Shown here piece by piece: positions 21,502 through 30,342 of a DNA stretch of 30,342 nt. Position 1 is the stretch's first letter. The number at the start of each line of letters is the position of its first letter. The notes beneath the pieces were generated by a model. That model saw nothing but the letters and a program-made list of their open reading frames with translations. It was not told the origin of the DNA and did no database searches. Location: the NCBI GenBank assembly GCA_021432655.1, contig MU271205.1:124001-154342 (forward strand). The letters are read 5' to 3'. The translations under genes and the position numbers were made by a program. Source of the stretch: Atractiella rhizophila. Lineage: Eukaryota.

Positions 21502-23797
21502 ATGCCCCGACTGGCGCACAACACCACTTCACGCGTCCGCACAGCTCCCTACACTCTTCCCTCCCACGGCGACTCTTACACACCACCTCCCACCAAAACT
21601 TCGCAACGCCAGCTGCACTCCCGCCTGGGGAGCAGCTCAAAACGACCTATAGACCTCTGCGATCTGCCCACTATCCATTATTCGGCTTCTGCACCTGATT
21701 TGAGCTCACTCGGTGGCTTTGGAGGCTTCGGGAGTGCTGTGGAGAAACCAGCTCCTAAGAGAGGGAGAAAGAGCGTAGGCGCTACAAGCTCTGCTCCAGC
21801 AGGAAAAGAAGGGACGGAGAAGAGGTTGGCGAGGGTTAAGAAAGCCTGTCCGAAAGTCATACTGGATCGGGTGGTGCGCGCTTCCTCTTGGTCCATCTGA
21901 AGGAGAGAGTTGGTTCTGTTCGGGATGGAGAGATATATTATTGTTTCATTCAGTTTGCTTGATATGTGTTCACGGAGATGGTTCGTTTCTTCGCTAGCTG
22001 AGAAGGCACAAATGTGCTTTTGTTATGTGTTCTCTCATATGAGAGTCACTTTCCTTGTTCTCTCTCACAAAGGTTTCAACTGGAGTTTGTGTTAGATCGG
22101 CTCATCGCGGCTGAGAAACCTGACAGTAGCTCATACTCTAGCGCATCAATCGTTAGCAGGTCGTTCTGAGAAGAAAATAATCGAATCTTTACTGAGAGAC
22201 GTTGTTGCGTTACTCGACCAATCCACCACTTGTGCGAATATTTTACCAGCTTCCAATTCAGTGTTGATTCATTACATAGTCTCACGGATTAGACTAGCTA
22301 GCTACATCTGAGAGTGATGTGACTACCGGAGAACGTAGAGCAGAACATCCATTGCTTCTCCCTTTTAGACACATGACAAATCTAGAGCTACAATATATGA
22401 TATCGAATCCAACCGATCTCAGACATTAACTTTTCGGTATGACGTGATGTTGTCAATAATCTATCCGATTTCCTCAATTCTCGTTAGCAGGAATAATGGG
22501 GTTTTGGCGTAGCGTGGCAGTAAACTTGTCAGTAGCCACTGTACCTAGCCCTCGCAACAAATCAGCGCAAGATCCGAAAGAATTTTGTTTTCTTTTGACG
22601 CCAAGGCAAGGGCAATGACTTTAAAGACACGGAGAACCTGCTACCTCTTCAGCTCACCCACTTCTAGCACAAAATAATGTCCTCTGTGGTTTCTCGTTGC
22701 GTTGTTCACGCTATCTAGTTTGTCTCAGTTGGAAGACAAGCTGGACGTGTTTCTGAGTCAAGTTTCATTTGCCCTTCTTAACACTCGACAACCATAGCGT
22801 CTCGTCCCCCAACCTTCCCGTTTGAATACTTCTTTCTAGAGACCAAGCCACATGCTCTGATCACCGCTGATGCTTTCCTAGGAGCGAGTTTACAGCCAAC
22901 GATTCTTCATGGTCGATAGGCATCGAAATGGAGATGACTTGAAAGAGGAAGTCAGTCGTCTTCCTCTCCAACATCGTGTGCAAATGGTGACAAAATTACG
23001 AGGGCAGTTCAAAGTGCTGGGATCTACGGGCAATGTCTACACCGTGACGATAACCCACGTTCCGACTTGCACTTGCCCTGACGCTCAAAAGGGTAATCAT
23101 TGCAAGCACATACTCTTCGTCTTCCTCAAAGTCCTAGGCGTGAAAGCGTCCTCGAATTTATATTATCAAAAGTTTGTCTTTTCTTTCATCTTTCAAGGGC
23201 CTCGACTGACTTGAGAAATTGTTAGAGCACTGCTAACGAGCGAATTGGTGGATATTTTCGCGAATGCAAAACCAAATCCGACAGCCTTAGCAAACAGCAC
23301 AATTATGGATGCCTACACTGCCGCTAAGGCAGGGGCTTCGACTTCGACCGGGGTTCAGAAACGCCTTCCTGGAGCAGGGGAGGGGGAAGAGGATTGTCCT
23401 ATCTGTTATGAAGAAATGAAGTCGAATGATTCAACCCTCGTTTTCTGCGAGACGGGCTGTGGAAAACCCCTTCATAAGGAATGCTTCGGACAATGGTCTG
23501 TTGTGCTCCTCTGAGATGCTTGTTTGTTGACTTGTTGGCGATTGCCATAGGGCAAAGACTTGCGGAGGAAAGCCCACCTGTCCTAGTTGTCGCGCGACCT
23601 GGGGACCTGCACCCAAGGCTGGTACTGTCAATCACGAAGGATATCTGAACTTCGGCGGCGTTGGCGGGATTGCGAGAGAGAGGGACACTTCAACTTATTA
23701 TCATGGTGTCATGCGAAGAGGATACGAGAGGGGATATGAGAGGAGAACGGAGTTGGATCCCAACTTTGGCCGACATGATTCTGATCGTTATTGCTGA
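21502..23797 (+). CDS. SWIM zinc finger + RING finger protein (putative E3 ligase)
   Basis: Exons 21502-21873, 22882-22950, 23008-23171, 23226-23495 and 23551-23797. SWIM motif CTCPDAQKGNHCKH. RING-type motif CPIC...CETGCGKPLHKECFGQW...CPSC. Confidence 0.88.
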
Positions 23798-24007
23798 ATT
23801 ATAAAGGAACTTCCTGGCCGACATTCATTTGTAATGCCTTGCTTTAGTGTCGTCCCTCTAGCATCCGATGTGAATCATTGTTTTGTAGCTAGTTAAGCCG
23901 GTCTCATCATTACTTAGGTGCCTATTAACTTTTAAATTAGGTGTATGTAGAATGAGGGGTGAATGAAATGGATATGAGTATCTATATTTTGTCCCTGAAT
24001 GTCACGC

Positions 24008-27000
24008 TTAAAGCGTTTTGGGAAGGGCGTATTTCTCGATACCGAGAATTTTGTCTCCGACGCGGAAGTCTTCAAAACCATCGAAGATGACACCACACTC
24101 TGTGTTCTTTTTCGCCTCCTCCACTTCCTTCTTAATAAACTTCATGCTCTCCAAGTTTCCTGCAAAACAATCAGTCAGTCGTTCGTAATGCAAAGATGGG
24201 CGCAAATTCTGACCTTCCCATATTGTCTCAGAGCCACGCACGATCCTCACCGACTTTTCCTTGTAGAAAGTGCCGTTGATAACGCGACATCCCGCAACGT
24301 TCACGTAAATTTTCTTCTTCGTGTTAAATTTGAAGATTTGCAGGATTTCTGCTTCAGACACAATCTTGGTCCCGAAAGTATCGGGGAGGAGGTCTAAAAC
24401 GCCTTGACGAACAATGTCGATGAGTCGGTAGATGACAGTATCAGTATGGATCATCACTGGACGAGCCGCCGCATTATTCAGGTCAACAACTGCCTTAGGG
24501 ACGGAAACGTTAAAGCCGACAATCATTCCTGTGAGACATTGTTAGTTCTACCGTGGTCTCGTACAAGAAAGAAGACTGACCACCAGCGGTATGGGCAAGC
24601 GCAAAATCGCTTTCAGTTACATTACCAGCAGCAGCTTCAATGATCTTGACCCTGGCTTGATCATTGCCAATATTCTCCAAAGCTCCCTGAACAGCTTCGA
24701 CGCTGCCCATAAAGTCTCCCTTGATAACAAGCACAAGTTCCTTCGTCTTCGCTCGTTCTTCTTCTTCCTCTTTGTTCATTTCTTCCATCCTTCTCTTCGC
24801 CTCCTTCTGATTCTCAGCTTTCCACCATTCCCGCTTCAAATCTTCGACCACTTCTTGCTTCCGGCTCTCTTGCTTCCGCTTCTCCTCAATGACTTCCAGA
24901 TCTTTGAGAGCCTGAGCTCTTTCCGCTCGTCGCTCGCGATTCTTCAGTGCCTTGTGGATCGCAGACAAATCTTGATGCTCGATCACTTCGTCACCCGCAG
25001 CTGGGAGATCTTTCCATCCAGTGATCTCGGCAGCTTCGCCAGGGAGCAGAGACGTGACCTTCCGTCCTGTACTGAGGGTCATTTCTCGAACCCTTCCGTA
25101 CGTGCTTCCAGCAATTAGGTGGTTAGCAAACTTAAGAGTCCCACGGGTGTTGAGTATTGTCGCGATCACCCTAGAGTAAGTATGTCAGATAATTCTTTCA
25201 CATAAACACGTCATTGACATACCCTCGTTTGGGATCCTTCTTCGCTTCCAGCACCCAACCTTGGCATCTCACTCCATCTCTTTCCGCCTTTACCTCCTTG
25301 AGCTCAGCAATTGTCGCGATGGTCTCCACCAGTTCCTTGAGACCCTGGCCAGTGACTGCAGATACTTCGACGCAGGGAATGTCACCGCCAAACTCCTCCA
25401 ACTTCAATCCCTCCCCCATGATTTGATTTTTGACGTCTTCAACCATCGACTCGGCTTTATCGACCTTCGTGATGGCTACAACAACTCCCAATCCTTCTCC
25501 CTGTCTTTCCTTCTTTAGAAGTCCAATGACTTCCTCAGTTTGAGGCATCACTCCATCATCAGCGGCCACAACGAGGACGACAACATCTGTCACGGTAGCA
25601 CCGCGTGCACGCATTGACGAGAAAGCTTCATGTCCGGGAGTATCCAGAAAAGTGATCTTGTCATAGGTCTCTCCCGCGGTTGCATCGATGGGAGGCACTT
25701 CTATCGATGGATCCAACTCTTTAGCTCTCAATGCCGAATTATGTCGAATGGCTGAAAGCGACACAGAGAAAGCTCCAATATGCTGGGTTATCCCTCCTGC
25801 CTCCCCTTTAGCCACACGAGCATTTCTCAACGCGTCAAGGAGTGAAGTTTTGCCGTGATCTACGTGACCCATAATCGTCACAATAGGAGGACGGGGCTGG
25901 AGGACGGAAGGATCGCTACATGGGGGATCGGGATAGATGTCGAAAGAAGCTTCCTCGTCGATTACTGGCTCGTATCCTAGTTCCATGGCAATCAAGCTGG
26001 AATCGTCCGCCGTCAGAACTCGATCAGCTCTGAGATCCGGGATTCCCATCCTGTCGAGCTTGTACAGCAGAGTCTTAAAGCGCATATTCACCAATCTCGC
26101 AAACCGCTCCACGGTGATGGTGGTGGGAATCTCAAGCGTTTTATAGTTCGTTTTCTTCTCCACTTTTTCCTCCTTCTTCTTCGCCTTTTTCTCCTTCCTC
26201 TTACGGTCTACTTCATCGTACAGCTCTCGACCGCCATACCCCTCACTCATCGCTCGATTCTCTTGCGACCGTGACACATATACCTTCTTTTTCTTCGCTC
26301 CAGCTTCCCTCTCCTTTTCTGTCCCCTTTCTGCCATCTCGATCCTTCACACGCCTCTGCAAACCTCCCATATCTTCCTCTTCCTCTAAGAGGTCGATTGA
26401 AGGTATAGCAGAGTCCGCATCCGATCCCTCAACTGTCGGGGTAAGAGCTGCCTCCGCCGAAGTAGACGCCGTACCAACGACTTCCTCTTGCCGTTTCGGG
26501 TGCGAACGATCCTGTCTTCTAGCCACTTGGTCCTGCGACCACCTTGAGTCATCCCTTCTGCGATTTCTAATATCATCTCGGAGGGGATCTGTTCGATTGC
26601 CACTCAATGACGCAAGACTCGTCCTACGGCTCTGCGAAGACGAATCAAACGTCCTCGACAGCATTGCTCTCCTGTCAGATTCCGCATCCCTCCTAGATGA
26701 AAACAGAGGACGTTTCGAGAGATCTCTAGACTGCCCATCACTGTCGGTACGTTGATAAGGACTCTGGGTTCTTCGTGCGTAGTGTTCTTCACGAGACTGA
26801 ACGTGGCGGCCATTACCAGCTTCCCTGTTAAATAACGTACCACGCCCCGCCCCACCTACACCTCCGTTTCCTTGGGATGCACCCCATCTAGGCTTAACCT
26901 CAACATTGTCGCTTCCCAAATCTCGTCGAGGAGACCGAGCCCACGACGCCGACTGGTCCTGTCGACTAAAGGTAGGTTTGGATGGGACGGCCTCGCCCGG

Positions 27001-27333
27001 CGTTCCCCAGTTTGCAGCTCCCTGAGGTTTCGACGCCTTACCCCAACCGTTGGGTTTGGCCTTATCAGTTGCTCCCCAGCTCGATGACGAAGAAGAAGTC
27101 GAGCTTCCCCATCCACCACTGTGGGGCTTCATTCCGCCGCCAACTTCGGAGCGATTGCCCCAAGAAGAGGCATTGGTTTGACGAGGGAAGGTGGGACGAG
27201 AAGAGGAGTATTCGTTGGAAGAGGAAGCGGCAGAGGACGAGCAGCAGATTGTACCATTAAGAGAGCGGGAGAGGTGCAGAGTCGGAGATGCTGAGGAGGC
27301 ATGCTGGGAAGTAGAGGCTAAGAGGCGACGCAT
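24008..27333 (-). CDS. IFM1: Mitochondrial translation initiation factor IF-2
   Basis: Exons 27333-25223, 25170-24581, 24528-24214 and 24159-24008. G-domain motifs [43 protein letters not shown] and TKVD; C-terminal ECG motif; presequence-like start MRRLLASTS. Confidence 0.95.
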
Positions 27334-28350
27334 TTTCTAGTGGCCAACTGGATATCGAGACAAATCCTACAGGCAAATATGAGATCATGAGAGTCGGGAT
27401 GGGGATGTAACAGCAGGTAGGCAAATAGAAACGTCTGTATATGAATACATCAACTACAGAAACGAAAGTACCATCGTAGCGCCGAAAATGAAAGCAAGAG
27501 GTATACCCGACTGACAAAGTTTTCAAAAATTCTTCATGCCTTCCTCAGGCGACAGTGATCCTGATCAATACATCACAAGGTGAGACGACAGCCTCCCTCC
27601 TTCATTCTACAAGGCTCTCATGTTCAGCTCCGAAGTGGCGTAAAATCTCACAAGGCACGAGAAGTTGTTTGAACTTTTTTGAAGCAGTAGCAACCTGTCG
27701 CTGCAACCTAGACGTAGCAAGTCGCTACATATTCGTATGACTCCGTGGCCGTATGCCGCAATACTCACAGTAAGTACAAGTTCAACAACCTGAAATTTAC
27801 AAGTCTATTTCTTGCTGTTCAAGCTCAAACGGATCAACGTCACAGATTCCTCGTTTTCACTTGCAGTAAGACTCCGGAAGTGGAAGGGAAGATCAAATAA
27901 AGTATAAGTTGAACACATATCCTTATCATCACAAGAAAGCCAAAGCCTTTCATCTGTCATTCAACGCAAAGATAATGTAACCCTATCATAGGTTATCTTC
28001 ATTTGAGAATAAAGAGCAACGAAACTTATAAGTCCCTCAAATGAACACGTTCTCCAACCTCCGTTGCTGGTATTGGATGGAAGAGGACTCACCGAGCAAG
28101 AGTAAGAACAGCTATCACCCTTTTAACTGAGTCTGAGTGATACACCCCTCCTCAACAATGTCCACCTCAATAGTCAACTAGTCGCCTGCAATCCTGACCC
28201 GAGGTGTGGTCGAAACTTGACCAAAAAAAGAGGTCAGCTTCCGCAATGTGCGAAACAGCCGCCCGGAGGGAGGTTGCCCACTTCAGACCATCACAGATTT
28301 CTCCTGGTTGGTAGTTTTCAAAAGCTTTAATACTGAAAGGTAGAGGCACA

Positions 28351-29875
28351 ATGGCGAGCAAAGGCAACGCTTCGACGACCCTATATGTGCAGAACTTGGA
28401 CACCAAAATCAAGAAGGATGGTTCGTCTTCCTCCAACCATCTTTCCTGCCTAACCGCGTGGAATGGATGATATAGATCTCAGAAGATCGCTCTATCACCT
28501 CTTCTCAACCCACGGAAAAGTACTCGACATCGTCTCCACCCGCGCGCCAAACATGCGAGGACAAGCTTTCGTAGTCTTCCGCGACTTGAGCAGCTCAGCG
28601 GCTGCCATGCGAGCTTTGGATGGAGAGAGAGTGTTTGGGAGGGGACTGGTGCGTTTTTGGCTTCGTTTGTTATTTTTCTTATCGGATGGAATTGGGCGAA
28701 TGGTATGAAGGCCTTGATTACATGCACAAAGAACAGATACTACGCTTGATTTGAGGCCTTCTGTCCTTTCTTCCCTCTTTTGCTTTCTTCTTCTCCACAA
28801 CAGAGTGCGAGCTGTGTCGTTTTTAGAATCTTTATTCGCGTTTCTTCCATTTTTTGTTCAGCGAGCGATGAAGGAGACTCTCTCCGGAGCTCCTTTACCA
28901 TTTCGTTCGAAACGACTGCCGTGCTAACGCTCTTACTATGCTCCTGCACTGCACTCCTCCACCTATGACGATACAGCGGATATCATACGCTCGCACCACA
29001 TCCCACGCCACCATCCTCCACACCTCCGGCGCAGAAGCGCTCTACGCCGTGCGCACAACCGGTGCGTCTCCTCTCCCCTCCCCTGTGGCCTCTCTCTCTC
29101 TCTTAGTGCACATTTTAATGTTAATGTTTGATGGTTCAGGCAAATCTCTGCCCGCCAATAGCGCGTTGACGGGAAAATTGACTGTTTCGGATGCGCAGAA
29201 GAAGTTGGCGGAGGCGGAAGCGAAGAAGGGGAAGAAGAGGGGGAGGGAGTCGGATGAGGAAGAGTCAGATGAGGATGGTGGACCGGAGAAGAAACGGAGG
29301 GAAGCTGAGGATGACGGTTCGTTTCGTCCCTCTCTCTATACCCTTCTTTCTTGTGGAGGGTGGGAAGGATAGATACTGATTGTTTGGGGACAGAAATGCA
29401 AATGGACGAATCGTCGGATGATGAGTCCCCTCCGAAGAAAGCGGTGGAGAAACCTCCGGTGGTGGAAATGCCAGCGGCGAGAGAAGTGGGAGAGGTGCCA
29501 TACCAAGTTCTTTTCGTCGAAGGGCTGCCAAGGGAAGTGACGGACGACATGCTTTCCGTCCTTTTCCAACAGTGCGTCCAACCCAAACCTTCCTTCCCCA
29601 TCCTTGAAAAAGCAAGCTCATGCGAACATGTGACGAATTGGTACAGATATCCAGGCTTCCAATCCGTCCGCCTCGTCCCCTCTCTCGCTCCAACCACGCC
29701 GAAACACCCCTCCTCAACAATGTCCACCTCAATAGTCAACCAGTCGACTGCAATCCTACCCGAGGTGTGGTCGAAACTTGACCAAAAAAGAGGTCAGCTT
29801 CCGCAATGTGCAAAACAGCCGCCCGGAGGGAGGTTGACCACCTTCAGACTATCACAGATTTCTCCTGGTTGGTAG
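28351..29875 (+). CDS. U1A/U2B''(SNF)-family snRNP protein, copy 1, with RRM2 truncated by the duplication junction
   Basis: Exons 28351-28420, 28476-28648, 28977-29061, 29140-29316, 29394-29571 and 29647-29875. RRM1 TLYVQNLDTKIKKDDLRRSLYHLF...MRGQAFVVF...RISYAR. RRM2 VLFVEGLP...LFQQYPGFQSVRLVP then runs into duplicated promoter sequence. Confidence 0.85.
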
Positions 29876-29911
29876 TTTTCAAAAGCTTTAATACTGTAAG
29901 ATAGAGGCACA

Positions 29912-30342
29912 ATGGCGAGCAAAGGCAACGCTTCGACGACCCTATATGTGCAGAACTTGGACACCAAAATCAAGAAGGATGGTTCGTCTTCCTCCAACCA
30001 TCTTTCCTGCCTAACCGCGTGGAATGGATGATATAGATCTCAGAAGATCGCTCTATCACCTCTTCTCAACGCATGGAAAAGTCCTCGACATCGTCTCCAC
30101 CCGCGCGCCAAACATGCGAGGACAGGCCTTCGTCGTCTTCCGCGACTTGAGCAGCTCAGCGGCTGCCATGCGAGCTTTGGATGGAGAGAGAGTGTTTGGG
30201 AGGGGATTGGTGCGTTTTTGGCTTCGTTTGTTATTTTTCTTATCGGATGGAATTGGGCGAATGGTATGAAGGCCTTGATTACATGCACAAAGAACAGATA
30301 CTACGCTTGATTTGAGGCCTTCTGTCCTTTCTTCCCTCTTTT
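29912..30342 (+). CDS. U1A/U2B''-family gene, copy 2 (partial; runs off the window)
   Basis: ATG at 29912. Exons 1-2 encode the same amino acids as copy 1. Confidence 0.88.

Larger units (their letters stand above)
28142..30342 (+). repeat. Direct tandem duplication, unit ~1.56 kb (28142-29703; second copy from 29704 to window end)
   Basis: acacccctcctcaacaatgtccacctcaatag occurs at 28142 and 29704. The copies are near-identical thereafter with an offset of ~1561. Confidence 0.95.

Noticed and set aside
21874..22881. Intronic C/D box snoRNA
   Set aside because: Only imperfect C boxes (GTGATGT) and no convincing terminal stem or guide seen by eye. A covariance-model search is needed.
19737..25118. 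Plus-strand ORFs 19737-20303, 23999-24397 and 24591-25118
   Set aside because: Antisense shadows of the Hsp78 and IF2 coding exons.

Overview
This is intron-rich fungal genomic DNA. The 45-65 nt introns with GTTCGT/GTGCGT/GTCAGT donors and CTRAC/CTGAT branch points suggest a basidiomycete, probably Pucciniomycotina (inference). Left part (1-14.6 kb): a small Cys-rich secreted-type protein, then a tandem array of an intronless F-box/LRR-like gene (four copies or fragments) interleaved with pseudogenised 3' ends of a convergent Zn(II)2Cys6 transcription factor, then that TF itself. Bases 9331-10760 are a mirror image (reversed, NOT complemented) of the expected sequence. Flipping them restores the third F-box gene and the TF C-terminus. 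The block sits next to a 194-N gap and is most likely an assembly artefact. Right part: a ~512-aa protein with six tandem Zn(II)2Cys6 clusters, each split by a phase-2 intron at the same codon (best candidate for novel biology); an Hsp78/ClpB gene with no visible ATG; a SWIM+RING gene with a 1-kb intron; mitochondrial IF2; and a tandemly duplicated U1A/U2B''-family snRNP gene whose long intron carries UGCAC motifs and stop-generating alternative acceptors. All gene models were spliced and translated by eye, and no database searches were run.
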